Notes under the pieces: generated by a model
Seen by the model: only the letters and a program-made list of their open reading frames with translations
Databases searched by the model: none
What the model was told of the DNA's origin: nothing
Part shown: piece after piece, positions 49,891 through 59,306 of the stretch
Position numbering within the stretch: position 1 is the stretch's first letter
Layout of the letters: each line of letters begins with the position of its first letter
Made by a program: the position numbers and the translations under genes
IMG/VR virus record: IMGVR_UViG_3300022697_000186
Location: 173,091-236,091 of that record
Strand: one strand, 5' to 3'
DNA: 63,001 nt
Source: a virus
Taxonomy: Duplodnaviria; Heunggongvirae; Uroviricota; Caudoviricetes

Positions 49891-50397
49891 TTAAATCACT
49901 TCAAACTCAAAATCATAATCTTTTAATAGTTTTTGATACAATTCTAGCATTTTATCTTCAATTTTCTTACGATAATCAAGATCTTTAGAATCTCTAATTC
50001 CATCATCATAAATATAATTGTTTGACTTTATAGTTTTAAATATAATTTTATCATATGTATTCATAAATGACTTAGCTGTTTCTAATTTACGATTAGCTAA
50101 CTCATAATAACCCCCAACATATGTATATGCTATAGAATCAATTATTGATCTATCACAAATTACAATATCATACCACTCACAATATTCAATTTCAAATTTC
50201 ATTTGTTCAGCAAAAATCCATAATTGAGACATTTCAGTTGAATCTTTATTAATAGGTAAAGGACACCTTCTAGCTGTTTCAGCTATAATACCAACAGTTT
50301 TATCAGTATTATCTTTTTTAAATTTAGTAGCTAATTCAAATACTGATGTAGTCTTTCCCGTACCATGTGTGCCAGAGAATGCAATCTTCATGAACAT
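49891..50397 (-). CDS. NadR/AAA_28-like P-loop nucleotide kinase
   Basis: IAFSGTHGTGKTT, ETAR, ICDRSIID. Confidence 0.8.
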   Translation of the reverse strand: MFMKIAFSGTHGTGKTTSVFELATKFKKDNTDKTVGIIAETARRCPLPINKDSTEMSQLWIFAEQMKFEIEYCEWYDIVICDRSIIDSIAYTYVGGYYELANRKLETAKSFMNTYDKIIFKTIKSNNYIYDDGIRDSKDLDYRKKIEDKMLELYQKLLKDYDFEFEVI

Positions 50398-53300
50398 GCT
50401 CCCTCATTCTGGGAACAATTATAACACCAATAACAACTTCCTTTTTTTACCATTATATGACCACAATTTGAACATGCTGGTCCATCTAAATTAGAATTAA
50501 TATTAATTGTTTCTAATTGTTTCACAATTTCAGGTTCTTTATTATCTTTAGATTTTAAACCCAATTGAATTTGATCAGATTCCAAAAGAAATTTCATACC
50601 TATAAATTTACCAATATAATCTACAATAGATGTGGCAGTTCTTATATCTGGATTACCTGTAAATCCTGCAGGTTCAAATCTTTGATTCATTAATTTTCTA
50701 ACTATATCTTTTAAAGGAACACCGTATTGTAAATTAATACTAATCATAGTTGCAAAAGAATCAAATATTCCAGATAATGTACTTCCCTGTTTTGAAATCC
50801 TAACAAATATTTCTCCTAATTTACCATCATTATATAAACCACAATGTAAATAACCTTCAACACCAGCAATTGAAAATTTGTGATTTATTGATGTTCTAGT
50901 TGTTGGTAGTTTCTTTCTAAATGGAATACATGTTTTACACATTTCTGGACGTTGTCCATCAGTTGTATCAAAAAATAATTCTTCTTTTTTCTTACTAGTA
51001 TCTTCTCTTTTAAATGCTGAAAATGCTTTTGAACCTTCTCTAAATACAGTAATACCTTTTAGTCCCATTTTCCAAGCTGTAACATATACATCATGTACAT
51101 CATCAACTGAAACATTTTCAGGCATATTTATTGTTTTAGAAATAGCACCTGACAAAAACGGCTGTACTGCAGCTAACATTTTAATGTGAGCCATATAATC
51201 AATACATCTTACACCACCATTAGGGATATTTGCTGTGTCAAATATAGCCAAATGTTCTGGTATCAATTCAGTATTTTCTAAATGTCCATCTCTTTTAAGT
51301 ATAGAAATATAACGTTCAGATTCATTTTCACTATAACCCAAATTAATTAAAGATTGTTTTACTTCATCATTAACTATTTTAATTATAGCACCACCACTAC
51401 CTGCTAAAGATTTTTCTTTAACTAACAAAAACTCTGGTTCAATACCTGTAGTAGAACAACCCATAAGAAAAGAAGTTGTACCAGTTGGAGCAAGTAGTGT
51501 GACTTGTGCATTTCTTATTTTTGAATCAGGTTTTAAGAATTCAGCATTTTTCCAACAATCTTTAACATGTTTCAATAATGTTTCAGTAATTCTTTTATAA
51601 TTAGAACCAGATGCTAACAATGATGCTGCATCATTATGTTTATTTAAAATTCTATGAACATGAGATTTATTTTCTTCATATTTTTCAAACGATCCCATTC
51701 TTTCAGCTAGTTTATTACTAGCATTATAAGCATAACCTGTAAGTAATGCAGTCAATGATGCAGCAACTGTACGACCTTCATTATTACCATAAGGAAACCC
51801 TAACCACATAAGAGTAGAACCTAAATTAGAATAACCTAAACCTAATGGTCTATAATCATGTGAATTTTTTGTAATTCTTTTAGTAGGATAAGAAGAGCAA
51901 CCTACAAGTATATCTTGAGCTATAACCATAGTATTAATAATATCTTTATATTTTTTAATATCAAAATTTACATTACCATCTTTTCCTTTGGAAAATAATC
52001 TAAGTAAATTAATTGAAGCCAAGTTACAAGCAGAATCCTGAACGAAGGCAAATTCCCCACAATTCATAGTATTAACAAATCTAATTTTATTATTCTTTGA
52101 TTTTTCACCTATAATATAATAATTATGAAATTCATCAACTGTTCCATTATAAACATCTTCTTTTCCAATAAGTTCAACAGAAACAACTTTGTGATTATAA
52201 TTTCTACAATCTTCAATAAATTTATCCCAATTATTATTCCAATATTTATTGATAATATTACTATGTATAAATTTTTTAATTCCCTTTTCTTTTAAACACT
52301 TTTTGTATCCATTCCAATCATTTTTATTTATATAATTGTGAATTGATAAAATTTCACTTCCACATATTAAAGCCTTATTTTTAGTAGAAATTATTGCAGC
52401 ATTAACTTTTGATATTCTACCTTCTTTTGTACCAGACCAAATTTTTGATGATAAAGATATTTTCTTTTTAGTAGAATCTGTAGTCTTATAAGATTTTAAT
52501 TTTTCTTTTCTTGAACATTTACCACAAATACTAATTTCTCTATATTTATAATTAGTTATTAAATTATTATTACATTTTTCGCAGGTTTTTTGAATTAAAA
52601 CAACATTAGAACCATGAACATTTTTAATATTAGTATTATATCCTTGTGATAAAGCTTGTTGGTATTGTTCTAAAATAAAATTAGTAATTCCCTCAAAAGA
52701 ATCAAATCCAAGTTCTAAAGCACACCATTTAGATAGTCCAGATATACTTCCGTTTAATTGTTTAGATCTCCATATACCCATATTTTCAAATGATGGTATA
52801 TTTATATTTTCTGTATAATTCTTCCATTCTTTTTTAGTAAACTTTCTTCCAAGTTTTTTTGTTAAATTTAAAGCATGATTTCTTATTTCTTTATTATCAA
52901 TCCCTAAATACATACCATTTTTATCGGCAGAAACAGATTTGCTCATTTTATTCTTATAATTTTTCCATTTTTCTTCAGACCATTCAGTTTGAGCTCGAAC
53001 CATAGGATTATTTTTACCAAACATATTATGACAATGCAATTTATCGTGATTTTTTTTCTTCATTAATTCTAAGTTTTCTATAGAATTATTAAAACTATTA
53101 TAATCTTTATGATGTATGACCTCATCACTTTTTATTTTTATACTATTATAAAATTCATACATCATTCTATGTTCAGATGTATCATAAGAACAAGAACTAA
53201 CCCAAGCATAACCTGATTTATTACCAGATATTTTTTTCCCTAAAGATCTAATATTTCTAGTCATACTTTTAATACTATCATTATTTTTTAAATTTTTAGC

Positions 53301-54584
53301 TTCAATTACATTACCATTATTTAAAATAAATTTATGATTACCTGTAACCTTAACAAAATTACCATCATCAAAATTTACTTTATATATTTCTTGATTATAT
53401 CCTGTAACTCTAGGATTTCTCATATATCTTATTTTTAATTCTCCATCAGAATTATTACAATAAACCGGTACATCTTTACCATCTAAAACTAAAGTTTTAA
53501 AATCAACTATACCTCTTCCATCTGCTACAGATACTAATGTATCACCTGTAACACAAGGATTTGTCGATTTAATTTCTCCACCTTCAGGACAAGTGTGCCA
53601 TTCATTCATAGCATCACTAAATTGTACACCTGGATCTCCTGTTTGCCAAGCCAATTTTGCTATATCTTTTAATAAGTTATCAGCTGCAAATTGATCACAT
53701 TTTTCACCATTAGTAACATTTTTAGTCCACCACTCTTCTTTAGCTTCCGCTTTATTCATAAACTCATCAGATAATCTTACACTTATATTGGTGTTTTGAT
53801 AAAATACATGATCTGATAAATCTGAATTATTATCAACACCATAAGATTTTAAAATTCTAAGTTTTTCTTCTTCTTTTTTCTTACATGTAATAAATTCTTC
53901 AATGTCTGGGTGATCTATATCAAGACAAACTAATTTAGCAGAACGTCTTAATGTACCACCAGATTTTATTACTCCTGCTGATATGTCTGCAGACTTTAGA
54001 AATGAGACAGGACCACTAGCGTTACCTCCAGCTGATATTTTTTCTTTAGCGCTCCTAATACTACTCATGTTTATACCTGTACCACTACCATTCTTGAAAA
54101 TTAAAGCTTCTGTTTTAGCTACCTCAAAAATAGAATCCATAGTATCTTCTATATCTAAAATAAAACAAGCACTACATTGTGGTTTTTCATGTACTCCCAT
54201 ATTAAAATATACAGGACTATTAAATGCGAAATTCTGATTAATTTGATATAATTTTAATTTGTATACGAAATCATTATATTCTTCTTCTGTTTTAAAATAA
54301 TCTAATCTTTTACCTGCTTCACCAATTCCATCAGATACACGATCAACCATATGTTTTATGGAAGTCTCTTTATGTTTTCCAGAATTTAATAAATATTTAC
54401 TACTAACAATAGATACACTGTTGTCATTAAAAAAATCAGGAAATTCCACATCTTCATCAAATACAGCATTTCCTTTTGAATCAATTATTTGTGATTTTCT
54501 TTTAATAAAATTAATATCATCATATGGATCTTTTCTTTTCACGTTAGTTTTTTCCTTTATATTATTGTCATTTTTATTTGTCAT
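50388..54584 (-). CDS. nrdJ: Class II (adenosylcobalamin-dependent) ribonucleotide reductase with intein and C-terminal TSCPD/Zn-ribbon
   Basis: FNSPVYFN, QCSACFI, GSGTG, GGTLRRSA, TNP|intein|CGE, ACNLASINL, RPLGLG, APTGT, GAISKTIN, KGITVFR. Confidence 0.95.
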   Translation of the reverse strand: MTNKNDNNIKEKTNVKRKDPYDDINFIKRKSQIIDSKGNAVFDEDVEFPDFFNDNSVSIVSSKYLLNSGKHKETSIKHMVDRVSDGIGEAGKRLDYFKTEEEYNDFVYKLKLYQINQNFAFNSPVYFNMGVHEKPQCSACFILDIEDTMDSIFEVAKTEALIFKNGSGTGINMSSIRSAKEKISAGGNASGPVSFLKSADISAGVIKSGGTLRRSAKLVCLDIDHPDIEEFITCKKKEEEKLRILKSYGVDNNSDLSDHVFYQNTNISVRLSDEFMNKAEAKEEWWTKNVTNGEKCDQFAADNLLKDIAKLAWQTGDPGVQFSDAMNEWHTCPEGGEIKSTNPCVTGDTLVSVADGRGIVDFKTLVLDGKDVPVYCNNSDGELKIRYMRNPRVTGYNQEIYKVNFDDGNFVKVTGNHKFILNNGNVIEAKNLKNNDSIKSMTRNIRSLGKKISGNKSGYAWVSSCSYDTSEHRMMYEFYNSIKIKSDEVIHHKDYNSFNNSIENLELMKKKNHDKLHCHNMFGKNNPMVRAQTEWSEEKWKNYKNKMSKSVSADKNGMYLGIDNKEIRNHALNLTKKLGRKFTKKEWKNYTENINIPSFENMGIWRSKQLNGSISGLSKWCALELGFDSFEGITNFILEQYQQALSQGYNTNIKNVHGSNVVLIQKTCEKCNNNLITNYKYREISICGKCSRKEKLKSYKTTDSTKKKISLSSKIWSGTKEGRISKVNAAIISTKNKALICGSEILSIHNYINKNDWNGYKKCLKEKGIKKFIHSNIINKYWNNNWDKFIEDCRNYNHKVVSVELIGKEDVYNGTVDEFHNYYIIGEKSKNNKIRFVNTMNCGEFAFVQDSACNLASINLLRLFSKGKDGNVNFDIKKYKDIINTMVIAQDILVGCSSYPTKRITKNSHDYRPLGLGYSNLGSTLMWLGFPYGNNEGRTVAASLTALLTGYAYNASNKLAERMGSFEKYEENKSHVHRILNKHNDAASLLASGSNYKRITETLLKHVKDCWKNAEFLKPDSKIRNAQVTLLAPTGTTSFLMGCSTTGIEPEFLLVKEKSLAGSGGAIIKIVNDEVKQSLINLGYSENESERYISILKRDGHLENTELIPEHLAIFDTANIPNGGVRCIDYMAHIKMLAAVQPFLSGAISKTINMPENVSVDDVHDVYVTAWKMGLKGITVFREGSKAFSAFKREDTSKKKEELFFDTTDGQRPEMCKTCIPFRKKLPTTRTSINHKFSIAGVEGYLHCGLYNDGKLGEIFVRISKQGSTLSGIFDSFATMISINLQYGVPLKDIVRKLMNQRFEPAGFTGNPDIRTATSIVDYIGKFIGMKFLLESDQIQLGLKSKDNKEPEIVKQLETININSNLDGPACSNCGHIMVKKGSCYWCYNCSQNEGACS
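52062..53555 (-). mobile_element. Intein (498 aa) with HNH endonuclease, inserted at the RNR NPCxE catalytic motif
   Basis: N-terminal CVTGDTLV, block B VTGNHKF, HNH EHR..IHHKD..NNSIENL..H, block F DVYNGTV..HNY, end TMN|C. Confidence 0.92.
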
Positions 54585-54592
54585 ATACTTCC

Positions 54593-56293
54593 TTAAAATT
54601 TTAAATTATAAACGTAATTACCACAGTCCCAGATTCTATCGAATCCATTTAATTGCATGTTCTGCCATTCAGTTAAATTAGAATCAAATGATTCTAATAA
54701 ATCTTTCAACTTATGTTTCTGATATTTAATTCTTGATTCTCTACCTTGATTCTTTATATAATAATAATTAGGACTTGTTAATTCTTTATATACAAAATCT
54801 GAATTTAAATATCCAGTACCTTCACCATACCTGGCATCAGCATAAGTGATGATTGATTCTGGATTATACTCTTTCTTAAAATAACTTAAAAGTTTAGATA
54901 GTCCACCAATAACTGATGTATTCTTTTTATTGCAGAATCTAAGTATCTCATAATCAAATGACTTATTAAATCTACTCTTACCCATTGTGATTAAAGAAAC
55001 TAATTGATCTTGGTGATATAAACCAATATGAATTCCGTTAATTTCACCTTGTAAATGATTATCAAATAAGAATTGTTTAGATTCTTTGTTACTTACAGAT
55101 TTAATTTTGCACTTACGTGCGAATATCTTATTAAATGATTTACCCATTTTGTTTAATAAAATGGATTTCACTATATCCTGCTTATTTAACCATTCATCCT
55201 CAAATATCTGTATTAAATGAATACCTTTTTCTTTAGCTAAAAGATGTTTATCCTGATGGTATTTAGGTTCTGTATTATTACCAATTTCACTGTGCCAATA
55301 TAATCCATTATATTCAATACCTAGTTTCAACTCTAATATATAAACGTCAATTTCTTTTCCATCTAAACTGCTTCTATCTTGTTTAGCATTTGGATAGTAT
55401 TGTTTTACAAATTCTAATACTTCTTGTTCACCAATTGATGTTCCATTTAATTTAGGATAACAAGTTGGACATCTGGGAACTTTACCGTTGTCTAAATTAT
55501 CTTCGAATTCAGTTTCACACTTAGTGCATTTCCATGGATATTCATATTTAATTCCTTTATAATCTTCTAATTTAAATAAAGGTGTAACTAGATCTTTTAA
55601 TCTGCTTGAATTTAATAATCTATTAAAAAATTTTTTGTTAAGGTCCTCTTTATATTTATTAGTTTTAGTATAATGATTAACTCCATAATTCTCTAATAAA
55701 GTTTTCTTTGATTTCTCTTTAAATTCTTTAGTTTTAAAATAACTACTTACACCATGATTTCTAATACATGTATTAATCTTTTTTTCTTTAATTTCATTTG
55801 AGTATGATACGTTATCTACACCATAATTCTCTAATAAAGTTTTCTTTGATTTTTCTTTTATCTCATCTAATTGAAATACATTTTCAACACCATATCTATT
55901 CAAATTAGTTTTCTTTATTTTTTCTTTAAATTCTTTAACTTGAAAAACACTTTCAACACCATATTTTTCTAAGCAAGTTTTTTTGTATTTTTCTTTAAAT
56001 TTATCAGATTGTGAAACGTGTTCAACACCATATTTCTTTTTTATAGTTTTTTTACATTTATTCCTAGTTATCTTATTATTTGCAGAACATTTACATGAAC
56101 AATGTTTACTATATCCAGTATGTAATGTTAAAAATTTTGTTTTTTTTCCACAATAACAATAGTTAATATCACCTAAAAATTTATTATAATATTCTTCTTT
56201 TGATAAATGTGTAGAACTATTTTCTTTACGTCCAAGATGAGACCCCAATGATAAATAATTTTTAAATTCTCTTTTACAAATTTCACAAATCAT
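54593..56293 (-). CDS. Repeat-array endonuclease paralog (6 repeats)
   Basis: Same conserved C-terminal module; immediately upstream of nrdJ. Confidence 0.85.
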   Translation of the reverse strand: MICEICKREFKNYLSLGSHLGRKENSSTHLSKEEYYNKFLGDINYCYCGKKTKFLTLHTGYSKHCSCKCSANNKITRNKCKKTIKKKYGVEHVSQSDKFKEKYKKTCLEKYGVESVFQVKEFKEKIKKTNLNRYGVENVFQLDEIKEKSKKTLLENYGVDNVSYSNEIKEKKINTCIRNHGVSSYFKTKEFKEKSKKTLLENYGVNHYTKTNKYKEDLNKKFFNRLLNSSRLKDLVTPLFKLEDYKGIKYEYPWKCTKCETEFEDNLDNGKVPRCPTCYPKLNGTSIGEQEVLEFVKQYYPNAKQDRSSLDGKEIDVYILELKLGIEYNGLYWHSEIGNNTEPKYHQDKHLLAKEKGIHLIQIFEDEWLNKQDIVKSILLNKMGKSFNKIFARKCKIKSVSNKESKQFLFDNHLQGEINGIHIGLYHQDQLVSLITMGKSRFNKSFDYEILRFCNKKNTSVIGGLSKLLSYFKKEYNPESIITYADARYGEGTGYLNSDFVYKELTSPNYYYIKNQGRESRIKYQKHKLKDLLESFDSNLTEWQNMQLNGFDRIWDCGNYVYNLKF

Positions 56294-56296
56294 TAT

Positions 56297-56749
56297 TTAA
56301 TCTTTTACTTTAGTTAATAACCATTTTTGTTGTTTAACATTTTTCTCTTTACCAAATCTTGTCATTGTAAAAACACCTCTCATTGGTTTACCAATAACCT
56401 TAAATTTTATTATAGAATTTGACCACTCTTCAATTTCTGCTTTACCTCTTTGTAGTATTTTAACAGTACCATAACCATGCTTCCCTTCAGGTATTTTACC
56501 TTGAAATGAAAGCCAAATAGGGTCATGATCGCTGGTTCTTACAAGAAGTCGTTTTTCTCCAATACGTCTAGGTACACTATGTTTAGGTATAGCCCAAGAA
56601 GCTAATGTAGGATTTAAATTAGGATGTTTGATTCTCAAATCCCAATGATGTCCAGACTTATCGCTTTTATGTTCCTGTAAAACCCAAGATACAATCTTAA
56701 GTTTACGTTCACCTAATTTATCTACTTTAATTTCTTCATTAAGTAACAT
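56297..56749 (-). CDS. Stand-alone LigD 3'-phosphoesterase domain protein
   Basis: QEH..HWDLRI, LASWAIPK, KRLLVRTSDH, F.G.IP.G..GYG.V, WLL.K. Confidence 0.88.
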   Translation of the reverse strand: MLLNEEIKVDKLGERKLKIVSWVLQEHKSDKSGHHWDLRIKHPNLNPTLASWAIPKHSVPRRIGEKRLLVRTSDHDPIWLSFQGKIPEGKHGYGTVKILQRGKAEIEEWSNSIIKFKVIGKPMRGVFTMTRFGKEKNVKQQKWLLTKVKD

Positions 56750-57052
56750 TTAATATACCTTCAATTCAAATAATAATTTTGTTTTTCCTGTTTTTAATGA
56801 CACTAATGACCAATTATATTCTTTAGTTTTTCTATCTATAATTTTATATCTAACTTTTTTTAATAAAAAATTGATTTTTTTAATCGCGTAATATTTAAAT
56901 ATTTTAGAACTCATTTACTAGTAACTCCTTGAAAGCAATAGGGTCTAATTTTATTACCTCACTTGAAAAGGTATATGTATAGTTTATCCTGTTTTAATGG
57001 ATTGAATTCACTATTCTTCCGTGGATCAAGATACACATAAACATAGAATTCT

Positions 57053-57601
57053 TTATTCATCTTTCTCTATCATCTTTTTAAACACTTTAGAATCTAATTC
57101 TAATATATCTTTTAAGATATATATATTCATATCTATATCTGGTACAATTAATACAGGGTCAAATCTTCCAAAATATCCTTCAATTAAATTTTTACTTAAT
57201 GCAGATAACACAATAATATCAGGTTTCTGATTTTGTTTAGCGATTAACATAGGATATTTACTTGAATCATCCGCTTGTTTTAATGTTTGTTTCCAAAAAT
57301 TTTTTAAATTATCACCCTTTAAATTTATTAATAAAGACCAAATATTAAGATCTTTATAAGTTTTACATTCAATAGAATAGAAATTAGAAAACCAATCAAA
57401 CTCAGGATAAATAGATGTTATATCACCATCTTGATTTTTTGTTTTTTTCCCTTTTTTTAATCTAATTGTATGTCTGCCACCGGAATTACTTGTACGCCAA
57501 AAACCAGAATCATCATCGCCATCACTTAACCAAAGAGATAATTTTTTACAAATATTTCTTTCATAAGATGAACCTTTGGATTTACCACTGCCTATTTTCA
57601 T
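57053..57601 (-). CDS. Holliday junction resolvase-like PD-(D/E)XK nuclease
   Basis: KSKGSSYER, FWRTSNSGG, GDI, IECK, FWKQ. Confidence 0.8.
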   Translation of the reverse strand: MKIGSGKSKGSSYERNICKKLSLWLSDGDDDSGFWRTSNSGGRHTIRLKKGKKTKNQDGDITSIYPEFDWFSNFYSIECKTYKDLNIWSLLINLKGDNLKNFWKQTLKQADDSSKYPMLIAKQNQKPDIIVLSALSKNLIEGYFGRFDPVLIVPDIDMNIYILKDILELDSKVFKKMIEKDE

Positions 57602-57609
57602 AATTTATA

Positions 57610-58020
57610 TAGTTAGTTAGATAGATGTTATTAACTATTTAATAGGTTTATACAATTTCTCTAAAGTTTCACCTTTATCATTTAATACAAATGCCAAAGT
57701 ATTAACAGCGATACTTTTAAAAATTTTTTCATCATTATATCTAGTCATTTCTATAACTAAACAATCTCCACCTTTAACAAAAATTTCTTTTGAAAGACAT
57801 TTTAAACTAGTATAAATTTCACTATCTGTACTTTCACTAGAATTGACTTGTTTAATAATTGGTGGACTACTACCATCATTAGATGCCCATACTTCTGCAG
57901 GATAATAATTGATACTATCAATATCACCAAATAAATACCATCCACCACAATCTATATTTTTTACCTTAACTAACATAACTATCTCCTTTTCTAACTGTGT
58001 TTTATCTATCTAACTAACTA
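57610..58020. repeat. Perfect 17-bp inverted repeats flanking one ORF
   Basis: TAGTTAGTTAGATAGAT (57610-57626) and ATCTATCTAACTAACTA (58004-58020). Confidence 0.8.
57635..57976 (-). CDS. Hypothetical protein inside the inverted repeats
   Basis: 113 aa, AGGAG upstream, C-terminal AFVLNDKGETLEKL. Confidence 0.7.
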   Translation of the reverse strand: MLVKVKNIDCGGWYLFGDIDSINYYPAEVWASNDGSSPPIIKQVNSSESTDSEIYTSLKCLSKEIFVKGGDCLVIEMTRYNDEKIFKSIAVNTLAFVLNDKGETLEKLYKPIK

Positions 58021-58026
58021 ACTATC

Positions 58027-58593
58027 TTAATATACTTTTCTATTAATTGGTGAATCAAATCCAACTATATTTTTGACTATATTATCACTTGGAATCACAT
58101 TAAATACTTTCTTTAAATTTTTAATATCTTTAAGATCTTTAGGTCTATTTATTGCTTTTTTCCATTCAATTAATCTATTTAAATTTAAAAAATTAACACC
58201 TTTAACATTATTTGCTTCTTCAATTAACTGGGGTACTGGTGCAGTAAATGATCTAAATCCTATTTCTATATCACCATCAAATAATTGACAAACAGGATAA
58301 TTAGTAGGAAACCAAGACTCTTTTGTTGCATTATATAATTTTACTTTATAACCAGCTAATCTAAGAACTTTAAAAAATAAATCTTTAGTAACAGATATAT
58401 CCAAATCATCATTTTGTCTAATTCCATATAATGCTAAAACTCCACTAGATACAATAACACATTTGTTACTTGGTAAACCTAATGATTTTAATTTGTCAAT
58501 ATGTCTTACCTTTTTAATATCAGGTTTCAATCCCTGCCCCTGCACCCTTTGTATTATTTGAAGTTCTTCTAAGTATTGTTGTGATGTATACAT
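58027..58593 (-). CDS. Pol-beta superfamily nucleotidyltransferase-like protein with leader
   Basis: VSSGVLALYGIRQNDDLDI (GS..DxD-like) and C-terminal K..RPKDLKD; leader MYTSQQYLEE. Confidence 0.7.
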   Translation of the reverse strand: MYTSQQYLEELQIIQRVQGQGLKPDIKKVRHIDKLKSLGLPSNKCVIVSSGVLALYGIRQNDDLDISVTKDLFFKVLRLAGYKVKLYNATKESWFPTNYPVCQLFDGDIEIGFRSFTAPVPQLIEEANNVKGVNFLNLNRLIEWKKAINRPKDLKDIKNLKKVFNVIPSDNIVKNIVGFDSPINRKVY

Positions 58594-58595
58594 TA

Positions 58596-59306
58596 TTAAT
58601 GAATATGGATTTGTATTGGTGGAAGTGAATTTTCCGCTAAACGTTCAATAATTCTTTCTCTAAGTTCTCGACCATCAGATTTTAATACGTCACCTTGCAA
58701 AGGAATTGGTCCCCATGGTGTAGAAATTTCACCATAATGGCTTCTCATATTACCTAATAATATTTGAATATCTGCAAGCGCAAGATTCATAAAATCTATT
58801 TTCATTGATGCATGCACTTTTCTGAGATCTTTAGGTTGCTCCCGCTCATATTCAATAGCAATAAATCCTGTATATTTTGGTAATATACGAATTATATTTG
58901 GTTCAAAAAACTTCCAAGTATAATTAAAACTAGAAAGTGGTTTTAATAAGTTTGATTTAAATACATTTAATGCGAATTCTTTTGCATCATTTGCGTTAAA
59001 TGCACCTATAATAGGATGTCCTGTCATGAATTCAGAAGAATTATTAAAATATATATTTTGTATACCTAATATATCTAATTCTTCGGAATCAAAAAAATAA
59101 TAATGATTTGGTTTACTATCTACTTTATACGATAATAATGTAGTATCTGCACCTGTAACAGCTTCATCTGGAAAATATTGTGAATAAGCTGGTATAGTTA
59201 CTAACTTAATATGATCTTTTAACTGTTCATCATTTTTTTCAATAAAAGTTGATGGTAGAGCAAGACTACTTTTAATATAACTCAACACGTTTGCCCATGA
59301 TAACAT
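58596..59306 (-). CDS. Putative neck/head-completion protein (T4 gp13-like)
   Basis: YIKSSL..IE, LALADIQILLGNMRSHY..PLQG..DG.E..E.L pattern recalled for neck proteins. Confidence 0.55.
   Translation of the reverse strand: MLSWANVLSYIKSSLALPSTFIEKNDEQLKDHIKLVTIPAYSQYFPDEAVTGADTTLLSYKVDSKPNHYYFFDSEELDILGIQNIYFNNSSEFMTGHPIIGAFNANDAKEFALNVFKSNLLKPLSSFNYTWKFFEPNIIRILPKYTGFIAIEYEREQPKDLRKVHASMKIDFMNLALADIQILLGNMRSHYGEISTPWGPIPLQGDVLKSDGRELRERIIERLAENSLPPIQIHIH

Noticed and set aside
10024-56293. Nuclease paralogs as IS elements or IS200/605 TnpB/IscB
   Set aside because: No DDE, HUH or RuvC motifs, no terminal repeats, and no room for a flanking guide RNA; similarity stops at the ORF ends.
10024-56293. 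Diversity-generating retroelement behind the near-identical 3' ends of the paralogs
   Set aside because: No reverse transcriptase in the window, no non-coding template repeat, and differences are not evidently restricted to adenines.
542-58288. All plus-strand ORFs in the supplied track (e.g. 12914-13405, 25073-25441, 27516-27878)
   Set aside because: They are antisense shadows of well-supported minus-strand genes, with biased F/L/I/S composition and no recognisable motifs.
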